In this document: positions 44,646-56,682 of the stretch, one piece after another
Numbering within the stretch: position 1 is the first letter of the stretch
Layout of the letters: the number at the start of each line of letters is the position of its first letter
Assembly: GCA_951406725.2 (NCBI GenBank)
Contig: OX597814.1
Span: 144,398,001-144,462,000, forward strand
DNA: 64,000 bases
Origin: Octopus vulgaris
Taxonomy: Eukaryota
Reading direction: 5' to 3'
Notes under the pieces: generated by a model
What the model was told of the DNA's origin: nothing
Databases searched by the model: none
What the model saw: only the letters and a program-made list of their open reading frames with translations
Program-made: the position numbers and the translations under genes

Positions 44646-44700
44646 AGTTACTTTTTATCTGATGAAGTTCTAAGAAGACTAGAAACTAGTCAAAGCAACT
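44646..44700 (+). ncRNA. Minimal hammerhead-like motif
   Basis: AGTTACTTT..CTGATGA-AGTTCTAAGAAGACTA-GAAA-CTAG-TC-AAAGCAACT. Palindromic ACTAGT, GUC triplet, imperfect stems. Confidence 0.65.
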
Positions 44701-44975
44701 CCATTTTTTCTACCTTCCGGGAGATATAAATCTATGGTGTGACATCTTTGCTTAACACAGCGTGGTTAATATTACATGTTTGTGCAAAAAAAGGACCGCT
44801 TAAAAATATGTGTATATAAATTTATTGGTTTAGACAAAGAAATCGGTAAAATAGCCTGGTTAATATTCTATTTCAACTACTATAACTTAAAAGCTACATG
44901 AAAAAGAAGCCGGAAGATAATCCCAGAGTGTTAACATGACTGGAGAAGCTGATTAGTTTAGCAGATCAAGTTATA

Positions 44976-45031
<56 letters not shown>

Positions 45032-45091
45032 ATTATCACATCATTAAAATAATGATAATAATGATAACAATAATAATAATAATAATAAATA

Positions 45092-45636
45092 CCCTGATGC
45101 AGTACCAGGCAGTGGCTCTCATGGCCTCTGATCTTAACTGATTATAAGTGTTATCATGTACATTGTTTTGTCTTGGTATAAAAGATGGGCTACAGCAAAT
45201 ATTCTGCTCAATACCACAGATTTGCTTGCCAGTTGTTTGACCTTAACCAGTTGACTATGTCCCTTAGTGGCTGGTATGTGCATCTCTGATCATGAGCAGA
45301 AGTAGTGGGGGAACATCATAGCCATGTGTTGAGAGGGATTCTTTGGGGTTTGAATAATTCACCTCTGGAAACATGGGTGTTTCGTTCACCATCTTTAAAC
45401 AACCCTTATTCAGGGACCTTTTGAGCAGGATGGGTTTCTTGACTAGAAGAAAATTCTAACTGGGCCCCACCTGCTAAGTCATGTGCTGTTTATCTTGATA
45501 TGAGATCACCATGGCGCGCACATTTGGTTGTGATGCATGTGCCTGGTGTACCCTTATCAGATGGGTAGTCATGATGGGTATACTGGGCTTCATATATTTT
45601 ACCCTAGTGTCACTGGCATGCACTGCTCTCTCACTC
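45092..45636. mobile_element. ~550-bp interspersed element in (AAT)n, copy 1
   Basis: Similar but not identical to 46007-46580; flanked by (AAT)n on both sides. Confidence 0.85.
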
Positions 45637-45658
45637 AATAATAATAATAATAATAATG

Positions 45659-45810
<152 letters not shown>

Positions 45811-46006
45811 CATCCATCCATGAATTTATTTATTTATTAATTTTTAAATACACATTTTATCTGTGAATTTGCGCGTGTAATCTGGGAATGCATACAATGC
45901 CCTTCTCTGCCCTAGGTGTATGGAAAACACTCGGCGAGAAACGGAAGAAAATTTGAAGAAAGAAGGAAAAAACATAATAATAATAATGATAATAATAACA
46001 ATAATA

Positions 46007-46580
46007 ATACCAGGTAATAGCCCTGATGCAGTACCAGACAGTGGCTCTCATGGCTTCTGATCTTAACTGATTGGAAGTGTTATCATGTACATTGTTTTGT
46101 CTTGGTATAAAAGATGGGCTACAGCAAATATTCTGCTCAATACCACAGATTTGCTTGTCAGTTGTTTGACCTTAACCAGTTGAGCATGTCCCTTAGTGGC
46201 TGACGATATGTGCATCTCTGATCACGAGCAGAAGTAGTGGGGGAGCATCATAGCCATGTGTTGAGAGGGATTCTTTGGGGTTTGAATAGTTCACCTCTGG
46301 AAACATGGGTGGTTCTTTCAACATCCTTAAACAACCCTTATTCAGGGACCGTTTGAGCGGGATGGGCTACTCAACCTGAAGAAAATTCTAACTGGGCCCC
46401 ACCTGCAAGGTCATGTGCTGTTTATCTTGATATGAGATATGAGATCACCATGTCGCGCACATATGGTTGTGATGCATGTGCCTGGTGTACCTTTATCAGA
46501 CGGGTAGTCATGATGGGTATATTGGGCTTCGTATATTTTACCCCAGTGTCACTTTGATGGCATGAACTGCTCTCTCACTC
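46007..46580. mobile_element. ~570-bp interspersed element in (AAT)n, copy 2
   Basis: As copy 1; flanked by two apparently identical 163-bp segments (45811-45973, 46659-46821). Confidence 0.85.
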
Positions 46581-46658
<78 letters not shown>

Positions 46659-46821
46659 CATCCATCCATGAATTTATTTATTTATTAATTTTTAAATACA
46701 CATTTTATCTGTGAATTTGCGCGTGTAATCTGGGAATGCATACAATGCCCTTCTCTGCCCTAGGTGTATGGAAAACACTCGGCGAGAAACGGAAGAAAAT
46801 TTGAAGAAAGAAGGAAAAAAC

Positions 46822-46884
<63 letters not shown>

Positions 46885-47154
46885 GAAATGGAACAAAACA
46901 GTAAGTACATAAATTGAGTAATTACCTATGCACTCGAATGTCTACACAATCATATATGCGTTTTGATACCCATAGGACTACACATACATCTCAGTGTTTA
47001 CACAACTACGTGAAAATTACAGGACACACATTCACGCATATGAAAGCACGTGTCACAACCTAAGGAAAAACAAAAACAATCTATTTTTTAAAACACCACA
47101 AAAACTATGCTCGGAGATAAACCTATCAACAACAAAAAAATACAGACGAATGCA

Positions 47155-47565
47155 GATCTGTTAGCCTTAAGAAGCTACGTTACGCGCAATGTTTACATGC
47201 AGAGAACTCGGTAACGGTGCTGTCACAAAAAAAATGACCCTAAACAGACAAATCCGTCCCCTGATGTCAGCGTCGAAGCAAGTCATGCCTCAATGATAAC
47301 AAAGCAAATTACGAACCAGTTTGATCGTCGACCGTATCACAAAGGGCCATGTACTCGATATAGATCTGTTAGCCTTAAGAAGCTACGTTACGAGCAATGT
47401 TTACATGCAGAGAACTTGGCGACGGTATTGTCTCAAAAGATTAACCCGAGACAGATAGATCGTCCGCTAATGCCAACGTCATGCTCGTCATGCCTCACTG
47501 ATAACAAAGCAAAATACAAACCGGAATGATCGTCGACCGGATTACAAAGGGCTACGTACTTGAAT
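47155..47565 (+). repeat. Tandem ~207-bp duplication upstream of R4/Dong-like ORF
   Basis: AGATCTGTTAGCCTTAAGAAGCTACGTTACG starts at 47155 and 47362. Confidence 0.92.
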
Positions 47566-47566
47566 A

Positions 47567-48420
47567 ATGAACCGGATTCGATACGAAAAATCAACTACTG
47601 GTTCAAATCTTCCCGAAACACAGGAGCTGAAAGTACCCCACAACCGGTATATTCCAACAGATGGCCATCCATGCTCGTCATCAAATAACCAAAAGAAAAA
47701 AAATGAAAAATGTTCTAGGGAAGATAATAAAGAAGTTCTTACGGCCTTCTACCATACCATATATTTCCCAACAAATAAATCTAATACCGCACAAACCTAC
47801 TTAAACTGGCGACAGAAACATAGACAGTAACAAACTTGCCAATGTCAGAAGAAACATTATGAAAAAGAAATTACTAACTGAAGTAGAGATTGACCAAATT
47901 AAACAACGAGTTAGGGATAAAATGAACGAAACTGCAGCTAAAGAAGATACTACAGAGAAAATAATTATAGACCAGCCCAGGGCTGATGAAAATGCAGCAA
48001 TCATTGAAAGAGTTAATATAACTGATAGGCGAAGTGAAATGCTATCTGAACCAACTATAAACTCTAAGGCAGATGAAAATCAAATAGATGAAGAAAGTCA
48101 CACAGAAATTGACCCAAAAGAACTGCATGATCTAAAAGATCAAATCACGATTGAATGGCTGAAAATTAAAGAAACCAATATGAATGAACGCGATACTCTC
48201 CCAAAAATTTGCAATTCTAACCAAAACCTGAAAATAATTGATAAAATCAGCTTTGCACTTAAGGATATAATTTCAGCTAATGATATTAATATTACAGATC
48301 TCAACAATCTGTACTAAACATCCGCGAAAATCTCAATGATTCTATGTGGTGAAAAGATTAAAAATCTACAACATTCTAACAAAAAACCTTCTTAGCAAAA
48401 GCGTATTCAACACCAAATTA
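47567..48420 (+). pseudogene. R4/Dong-clade non-LTR retrotransposon N-terminal region
   Basis: SREDNKEVLTAFY...YLNWR; KLANVRRNIMKKKLLTEVEIDQIK; ERDTLPKI; LNNLY; P.*QKRI. These resemble the R4-clade N-terminus. Confidence 0.7.
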
Positions 48421-48684
48421 AACTACCCTGGCTCACTGAATATAAAAGCTTAAATCATCTCTAATTCAGTTGAACCTGTATGGAAAGTGTTTCAACTGTG
48501 ACTACCCTATTTTTGTATCCCATCTTTTTTGTAGTGTTTCTACTATTGTATTATCCAATGTATCTTTGCTTTTTCCTAAGATGGACGCAGCGTGTAATTC
48601 AAGTGTGATTCGGCTACTATTTCTAGTAGCCAAATCAAACACGTTGGATCGCGAGTGTAGGAAGTTACAGTTGAACCCAATTCA

Positions 48685-49510
48685 GGGCGACGTGCTGGTA
48701 GAATCGTTACCACATCGGACAGAATGGTTTGCTACATTTCGTTCTGAGTTCAATTCCGACAAGGCCAATTTTGCCTTTTATTCTTTCATGATCGATAAGA
48801 TAAGTACCAGTCAAGCCTTGAGGTCGGTGCCATCATCTTGTCCCTTCCGCTTAAATTTGCTGGCATTGTACCAAGAATTAGAAAGAAATATTAACGTCAA
48901 GTCAGGAGAAATACAAAACCAAGAATTATTTCAACTCTAGTCACAATGCCCAAAATTTTGAGGGAGGGGACCAGTCAATTAGATGGACCCCAAAACGCTA
49001 CTGGTACTTAATCTATCGACCCTGAAAGGGTGAAAGGCAAAGTCGACCTTGACGGAATTTGAACTGAGAACGTTGCGACGCTAAGTATTTCGCCCGGCGT
49101 GCTAACGCCATCTTGGTACAAGACCAAGAATTTCGAAGTGGGTAAGTCGATTACATCGACCTCAGTGTTCAAATGGTACTTATGTTATCGACCCCGAAAA
49201 GACGAAAGGAAAAGTGGAGCTCGGGGGAATTTCGGCTCCACGTAAAGACAGACGAAATACCGTAATGCATTTTTTCCCGCCGTCATTAAAAAAAAATTCT
49301 AAGCATACGGGCTTCAAATTTTGGCACAAGGCCAGCAAGCTCGGGGAAGGGTTAAATTGATTACAGTGACCTCGGTAAATGACTGATACTTATTTTCTCG
49401 ACCCCGAAAAAATTAAAAGCAAAGTCGACCTTAAGAGAATTTGAACTCCGAACGTAAGAAATGCGCTAATATTTCTGGTCGGCGGGCTAACGATTCTACC
49501 AGCTTGCCGC
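48685..49510. mobile_element. Cluster of four diverged family B SINEs (1 plus, 3 minus)
   Basis: Repeated family core in both orientations. Confidence 0.85.
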
Positions 49511-50320
49511 AATTTAAAAAAAAAAAAATCTAAATATATTAGCAAATTACCTCATAGGGATAAAGAAAGACTTAATTACATATTCTGCAATCATTAAAAA
49601 TTAATGTACCTCTCACTGTATATTCATACCTTTAGAGCAGGCTGGTAAATGTTTGTTGATAGACCTACTTTTTCCTTTCGAGGGTCTCCTAACTCTCAGC
49701 CATGGCAAATTCTCCTTTGATGGTGTTTCTTTATTTCTGTCACAGCTTACTTCAAAATTTTACCTCGCCTATTAAAAATTCGGAATCTCACATCTGTTGG
49801 CCATTGATAGTTTAACCTTTAACACAAATCAATCTAAATCGTTGCACCGAAAGCAGTTGGTGTTGATGTGTGGATCAGTTATTAATCTATTGCTTGTTAT
49901 TATTATTTTATTATAGTGACAACAACAATAGATCATAAATAAATAAAAAGTAGATAGTGATAAATAGTCATTTAATAAGCTCCAGAACTTTCGCTAACAT
50001 AAATATGCAAATTTATAGTCAGAAAACAATATATTCTCCTGCTTGCAGAATTATTACAGTTTGACGTAATGGCAAATAGCAAAGAAAAAAAAAGTAATGG
50101 TTTTGGAGTTGCTGTAGTTCTTGTTGTTGTTGAAAATGGTGTATGGTATTGACAGTGGTGAAGATAATGAGAATGCTGATGGTAGTGTTTACGTTGGTGG
50201 TAGCGTTGGTTGGGGGTTGAGTTTTCTTTTTGTTGTTGTAGTTGCTGCTGTTGCTGTTCTTGGTCTTGTTTGGATTTCTGTCTGCACTGGTTGAGGTATG
50301 TAGCCAAAAGCATTTGGTTG

Positions 50321-50550
50321 GCGGCGAGCTGGCAGACACGTTAGCGCGCCAGGCGAAATACTTAGCGGTATTTCGTCTGTCGTTACGTTCTGAGTTCAAA
50401 TTCCGCCGCGGTCGACTTTGCCTTTCATCCTTTCGGGGTCAATAAATTAAGTACCAGTTACGCACTGGGGTCGATGTAATCGAATTAATCCGTTTGTCTA
50501 TCCTTGCTTGTCCCTTCTATGTTTAGCCCCTTGTGGGCAATAAAGAAATA
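50321..50550 (+). mobile_element. SINE family B
   Basis: GGCGGCGAGCTGGCAGA head, B-box, core. Confidence 0.92.
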
Positions 50551-50975
50551 TATAATGACATAGCTGTGTGATTAAGAAACTTGTTTTGCAACCTCATGGT
50601 TTCACCTAAAATCCCACCGTGCTTCACACTGAGCAAGTGTCTTCTATTATCGCCCCGAGGGATGACCAGGTCGAACCCCAGCATGGCCACAGTCTAATGA
50701 CTGAAACAAGAAAAAATAATGTGTGTGTGTGTATGTGTGTGTGTATGCGTGTGTGTGTGTGTGTATGTGCGTGTGTGTGTATGCGCGAGTGTGTGTGTGT
50801 GTGTAGTTTCTAGGTTAGAGAGAGGTGTTCTCTATATAGAATACACTTCAATGTGCTCAAGAGATTTGAACATGAGCCGATAGATGAGTAAATGTAATGA
50901 GAAGCAAGTTAAGCAACTCGGTTTACACCGAATATTAAATTGATTTTATAGAAAAAAATGTACATGTGTAGGGAT

Positions 50976-51025
50976 ATAAAATAGTCCGACTTACAGAATA
51001 TATTCTGTAGGTCGGACTATTTTAT
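50976..51025. repeat. 50-bp palindrome
   Basis: ATAAAATAGTCCGACTTACAGAATA|TATTCTGTAGGTCGGACTATTTTAT, one T:G mismatch. Confidence 0.92.
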
Positions 51026-51041
51026 CATTCTGTGTAAATCA

Positions 51042-51312
51042 AGGCGGCGAGCTGGCAGAAACGTTAGCACGCCAGGCGAAATGCGTAGCCGTATTTCGTC
51101 TGCCACTACGTCCTGAGTTCAAATTCCGCCGAGGTCGACTTTGCTTTTCATCCTTTCGGGGTCAATAAATTAAGTACCAGTTACGCACTGAGGTCGATGT
51201 AATCGTCTTAGTCCGTTTGTCTGTCCTTGTTTGTTCCCTATGTGTTTAGCCCCTTGTGGGCAGTAAAGAAATAGGTAGTTTGTCTGTTTTTACGTTCTGA
51301 GTTCAAATTCTC
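51042..51312 (+). mobile_element. SINE family B with start of a second unit
   Basis: Match to 50321 copy. Confidence 0.92.
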
Positions 51313-51397
51313 GTCAGCTATTAATGGCAATGTATATATCCTTCCCGAGAGTCAAATTGATACACCTGCTTGTTGTTTCCTCACCTGTCTTCGTCTT

Positions 51398-51479
<82 letters not shown>

Positions 51480-51975
51480 ACAAACTGCTGATAGCATTTT
51501 TCGATCACAACTCCAAGAGGCGCCGAGATAACATTTGAACTGAAAACGTATGAAGCCTGAACAGCTACCGCTTAAACAATTCTGCCAGTCTTTCACTTTG
51601 GTTTGGTACACTTTCTCGATCCCTAAAATAATGAAAAGCAAAGTTGAATCCTGCGAGATTGAAACCCGGAACGCAGAACCGGAACAAAAGCTGTGAAGCG
51701 TCTTATCAAGTACTTTAATGATTTTGATCGTTCGCCTACACACACGCTCACACATATTCTAATTGCGTTCCATATTCGAAATAAATATTGATCAATCATA
51801 AACCGCAAACGAATAAAAGAGAGAAATATTGATAGTGACTTCGAAGTTATTATCAACGTTAACCACTTAAAAATTAAATATGTACTGTATATTGAGCAGT
51901 CTTTCATTTTGATGTTAAATTCTTTTTATGTATAACCTGTATGTATGTATGTATGTATATATATATGTATGTATA

Positions 51976-52135
51976 GCAGAGTAAGCACATAAATACGAAA
52001 CAAGGTCGAAAAAATAGTACTTGAATACCAGAGGTAGAGTAATATGCTTTATTAAAAAGCATTTCCGATAAAGGGGAAAGTGAAACTCTGAGTAACAGTT
52101 TTTGTGATATTTTTGCTGCTTTTTAATAAACTATA
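51976..52135. mobile_element. Short fold-back insertion with hammerhead 3' half
   Basis: TTTATTAAAAAGCA (~52048-61) / TGCTTTTTAATAAA (~52117-30); GAAA-CTCTGAG-TA at 52082-94; microsatellite flanks. Confidence 0.55.
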
Positions 52136-52249
52136 TATGTGTGTGTGTGTATTCTATATTCTTTTATTCTTTTATATGCTTTAATTCTAAGACTGTGGCC
52201 ATGCTGGAACATCGCCAGTGTAATCACCTTTCCAATGGTCAAATCTTAT

Positions 52250-52520
52250 GTGATTGGCTGTTAGCGAAGGAGGTAGTTGCACACTGCTGCCCTCTTTTGG
52301 GTTTCCTGCCTTGCTATCGGTTTATCTGGCCCCTTAGATAGCAGGAGGTCAAGTTGTTTCTTGAAAACATCTACTTCCAAACTATTGCAGTACATGGTCC
52401 TCACTCTAGACGGGGTTTGTATAGCTCTTGATGCCAAAGTTTGGTGCCAGCCACTCCAGGAACTTCTCTACGTATACCACTGCATACCTCTTACGTCTTC
52501 GCTCCGAGGATTCGAGTCAT
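52250..52520 (-). mobile_element. CR1-group LINE 3' fragment
   Basis: RRKRYAVVYVEKFLEWLAPNFGI; VDVFKKQLDLLLSKGPDKP...RAA..N.L. Confidence 0.7.
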
Positions 52521-52872
52521 AGCTTTTTTAGAGTTATATTATTTAGCTTTTATTTCTAGCAATTGTAAGTGCTATTTTGTACCCTTATTTACGTATTCTA
52601 CCTTTTTGGTTTTTAATTGCTTTATCCACCCATATTATAACGTATTAAATTTATCATAATATTAATCTGTTGGTATAATATCTTATTGTATGTGTATGTA
52701 TGTATGTATGTATATACATATTTATAAAAATATAAATATATATATAAATATAAATATATATATATAAATATGTATAAATATAAATATATATATATATATA
52801 CATAAATATCTAAATATATATATACATTTATAAATGTATATGTATAAATATAAATATATTTATATATATATA

Positions 52873-52959
<87 letters not shown>

Positions 52960-53035
52960 ATATATATATTTATGTATATGTATATATATATATATGCATA
53001 TATATATATATATATATATAAATATATATATATTT

Positions 53036-53077
<42 letters not shown>

Positions 53078-53184
53078 AATATATTCAATAGAGAGATTCA
53101 ATTAGCAATCCAATAATTTATTTATATTATAACATAATATACTATGAATATGAGATAAGAAAAAGAATCATTAAAAAACAAAAT

Positions 53185-53265
53185 AGCCAACAATTTGTTT
53201 CGACTTTTATACAATATTTGATTCATAAACAATACATATCCACTTATATAAGTCTCTTCAGAGCT
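53185..53265 (-). ncRNA. Type I hammerhead, intact core
   Basis: Minus: AGCT-CTGAAGA-GACTTATATA...TATAAAAGTC-GAAA-CAAATTG-TT-GGCT. Confidence 0.8.
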
Positions 53266-53283
53266 TTGGTTTATAGACAGACG

Positions 53284-53520
53284 AAATTCTCTGCCAAGAA
53301 TTCACAACGACCTCGAACCCACAAGAGTAAACAAGAGAGACAGAGACAGGCAGAAACGAGGAACATGCCCCTTGTATTTGAATACTATGCAAATATTTAG
53401 TTTTTCCAAAATTTAATTGTTTGCCATTGTTACAGTTGAAGATGTCTCAATGACTGAAACCGGTGCTGAAATGTTTTTTATAAAATTTTTAAGCATTTTC
53501 TACCTTGACATTTTTCTATA
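53284..53520 (+). mobile_element. Second copy of the 36419-36700 element with decayed hammerhead (53433-53468)
   Basis: CAG-TTGAAGA-TGTC-TCAAT-GACT-GAAA-CCGG-TG-CTG; the GUG triplet is not cleavable. Confidence 0.85.
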
Positions 53521-53529
53521 TATATATAT

Positions 53530-54185
53530 GTGGAGTTAAACGCAGGTGTTATTTAAATTCTTTTACTTCCGACACATGTTTCGAAGATACCACTGTAATC
53601 TTCTCTTCAGCTGAAGTGAAGAAATGAAATTCGTCACTAAGACATTTTAACAGAAAATGATGGATATGTATAGTGATTAACTGAACGCTATTAGTATCGT
53701 TTCAAAAAAACGTTATAGGATATAACGTCGGAGGAAGCCTATAGAAAGAGGAGGGATAAAGTAAAGAAAAACTAAATAAATGAGAAGTACATGACTATAT
53801 GTGCATTAAATAAAATCATATAGAACAGGAAAAATATATATCTAGTGAATGTGAAATGTAAGAAAATTAATGTTTAAATTATATATAATGATAGAAATCA
53901 CCTATATGAACTAAAGGTGTGTTTCTGCCAATGTTTACATCGGTATGCACGCTCTATAACCGTGTTTACAAGGGTATTTTTAGAAAAAAGAATAGAAAAT
54001 AGTTCAGAATTACAGAGAAGACAGAATTCCTTGCCTTTGTCATAAGATATCGAGATTGAGAGAATCAACCTATCTAAATAAAAATGTTCATCCGCAGAAT
54101 GTGTTCCGGGATTCTCAGAACTTTCCAGTCGAGAGATATCCACACCATTAATCGATCAATGAAAACATTACATCAATTTGAAATG
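53530..54185 (-). mobile_element. Naiad-type PLE 3' end (GIY-YIG C-terminus + 3'UTR + hammerhead) in (TA)n
   Basis: ORF 53898-54143 ends YDKGKEFCLLCNSELFSIL..LVN...E.AYRCKH..K (CxLCxxE..N...E...CRH); hammerhead about 280 bp downstream. Confidence 0.8.
53565..53617 (-). ncRNA. Type I hammerhead in Naiad 3'UTR
   Basis: Minus: ACTTC(AG)-CTGAAGA-GAAGAT..ATCTTC-GAAA-CATGTG-TC-GGAAGT. Confidence 0.82.
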
Positions 54186-54204
54186 TATATATATATATAT
54201 ATAT

Positions 54205-54971
54205 CAGTGGCGACTCCGGCACTCGGGCTTCTCGTGCTTAGCTCGAGTATAAATTTAGTAAAGTGAACGTATATTTGCAAGCTGATTTAATTTCTGCCAA
54301 CACTGACATCAAATACGTAATTGCAACCAATAACTCAGCCTCCTTTTATAGAGCCTAGTCGCAGGTCATTTACTTTCGTTCAGCGTCTAGCGGTCGTCTT
54401 AGAGGTGCCTTATGTCAAAAAATATCATTCGTAGCGGATGTTCTCTCGACATTAGTTCACACGCGCCTGACTCGGGCTCATAAGTTACAGCCCGAGTTGT
54501 TATCTATAATCGTAAAAATTAAAAGTAATTCAAATTCAATGTTTTCTCGAAACAATAAATTTCTATAGTGATTAAGATTTAAATTCCAATCTATGAAAAG
54601 TTTCCGTTCTATAATATACTCAAAGGATTATCCAGTAACTCGGGCTAAAACGAACGAGCCTGGCGGGCGTAAAAGACATCTCTTGTCAAGAGTACAGGCG
54701 ACAGTCAGATCGCCGATGTTTGTTGTGAAATCCGCTGTCGTTATTTGATTGCTGTTATTCTATGAGTCTGTGTGTAAAGATCAGTTGTGTTTTGCAGGGT
54801 TGCTTTATTTTTACTCTTAACTTAGAAATGGAGAAAGACATGGTGCTAAATATAAAATATAAGCCATTTAGGGCTAGAAATATTGCGGAAAAACGTGAAA
54901 TTCTTCGAGCAGGCAGTTATGCAAAATCTGTGATGAGCCCGAGTGACGCTTATGACCTGCAGACATTTATG
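54205..54971 (+). mobile_element. Probable non-autonomous hAT (Tip100/ZMYM1-like)
   Basis: Left end CAGTGGCGAC; five ACTCGGGCT/AGCCCGAGT motifs; [29 protein letters not shown] resembles a transposase N-terminus; right TIR is decayed. Confidence 0.55.
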
Positions 54972-54977
54972 TACGTG

Positions 54978-54979
<2 letters not shown>

Positions 54980-55058
<79 letters not shown>

Positions 55059-55064
55059 TGTGTG

Positions 55065-55142
<78 letters not shown>

Positions 55143-55149
55143 TTGTGTG

Positions 55150-55182
<33 letters not shown>

Positions 55183-55255
55183 TTGTGTGTATATATATAT
55201 ATATGTGTGTGTGTGTGTTTGTGTGTATATATATATATATATATATGTGTGTGTT

Positions 55256-55314
<59 letters not shown>

Positions 55315-55331
55315 TTGTGTGTATATATATG

Positions 55332-55372
<41 letters not shown>

Positions 55373-55380
55373 TTGTGTGT

Positions 55381-55438
<58 letters not shown>

Positions 55439-55710
55439 ACTACAAATATACTCATACACATATGTATATGAGTTTTTATGCATGCATGAATGTGTTGTGC
55501 ATATATATGTCTGTCTGGGTGTGTGTATATGTACATTTATGTACGTATGTGTATATATGTGTGTGTGTGTGTGTGTGTACTGTGTATGTAGATTGGTAGG
55601 CAGGTAAGTAAGTCGGTAGGTAGGTAAGTAGGTAGGTAGGCAGGTAGGTAAGTAGGTAGGTAGGTAGGTAGGTAGGTAGGTAGGTAGGTAGGTAGGTAGG
55701 TAGGTAGGTA
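54980..55710. repeat. Compound (TA)n(TG)n higher-order repeat and (GGTA)n
   Basis: Alternating TA/TG blocks; source of the spurious long ORFs here. Confidence 0.95.
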
Positions 55711-56518
55711 GACAAAAACATATGTGCGTACGCCTGTGTGCGCGCGCGTGTAAATGCACATGTGCTTGTGTCTGTAATAATATTCTAAGTGGGAATATCG
55801 AACCCCAACATGGGATCAAATGTTGATAAAAGCTCGGAGTTAGAATTTCTCTGGCTGCTTTTGATTCAATGTAAATGATTGGGATCAGACATACTAAATA
55901 AATCTCGAGATGTAAATAAGATGTAAATTAGTCTAAATCGTACTTATTTTTTCCTGACAGTGCTGTAGCGAAGACACTTTCCAGAAATTCCAACCCCTTT
56001 CTTTTCGTCCCAAAGTAAAGTCCACTATGATTAAATTTCAGCTCAAAGATTCGTAAACCAAATTTGCCAGACATTGTTCGGGTTATTTGTGTGACGATGG
56101 GCGTGTTGTGCACACGTTCGATGAATGTGGCTTGATCGAAATCTTTTCACTCTTAACGCCATTAGGGATTTATTACGAATTTAAATCTACATTTCAGAGT
56201 TTTCTCTTTCATGAAACCTAACGTACAAATGATTTATATAACGTGTTTTCTTTCTTCTATCTGCTGCTTACCATCTGATGTCATTAGTTAGTAGTCTCCA
56301 AAGAAAAATGAAATACAAACAGTATTTTTTTTAGTTGCTTGTATATATATTTTTCTTTGTTCGTTTGTTTGCTGTGAGTTGGATACAGCTCATATCACCT
56401 GTCTGTTTTATTCATGGGTGGTTTATTTGATTCCGTACGTCGGCTGCTTGCTGTCAAGGCCCATAAACCTTCCTGCAAATACCAGCCATCAGTTTGGGTA
56501 GGAAAAAAACAACAGCGC

Positions 56519-56526
56519 CATAAATA
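56519..56526 (+). promoter_or_regulatory. Possible TATA-like box
   Basis: CATAAATA about 60 bp upstream of the candidate ATG; weak evidence in AT-rich DNA. Confidence 0.2.
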
Positions 56527-56584
56527 TACAATTGCACACAAAATTTAGCTTTGTCTGGTTTACCACAAAGTGAATATAGTGGTC

Positions 56585-56682
56585 ATGACTACTCCATCTT
56601 ATTCAACCATGCGGTTGTTGCTGTTATTGCTGTCGCTGAGTGTGACTGGTGTTGGTATCGCTACAGCTGTATTTCAGTTGAC
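56585..56682 (+). CDS. Candidate first coding exon encoding a signal peptide
   Basis: MTTPSYSTMRLLLLLLSLSVTGVGIATAVFQL, followed by donor AC|GTAAGA (phase 2); ACCATG context at 56609; repeat-poor surroundings. Confidence 0.42.

Noticed and set aside
49972-50313. Q/H-rich ORF
   Set aside because: Decayed (TTG/TGG)n low-complexity tract; start comes from a SINE flank.
55850-56200. Possible Tx1/L1 3' remnant on minus strand
   Set aside because: Similarity too faint to call by eye.
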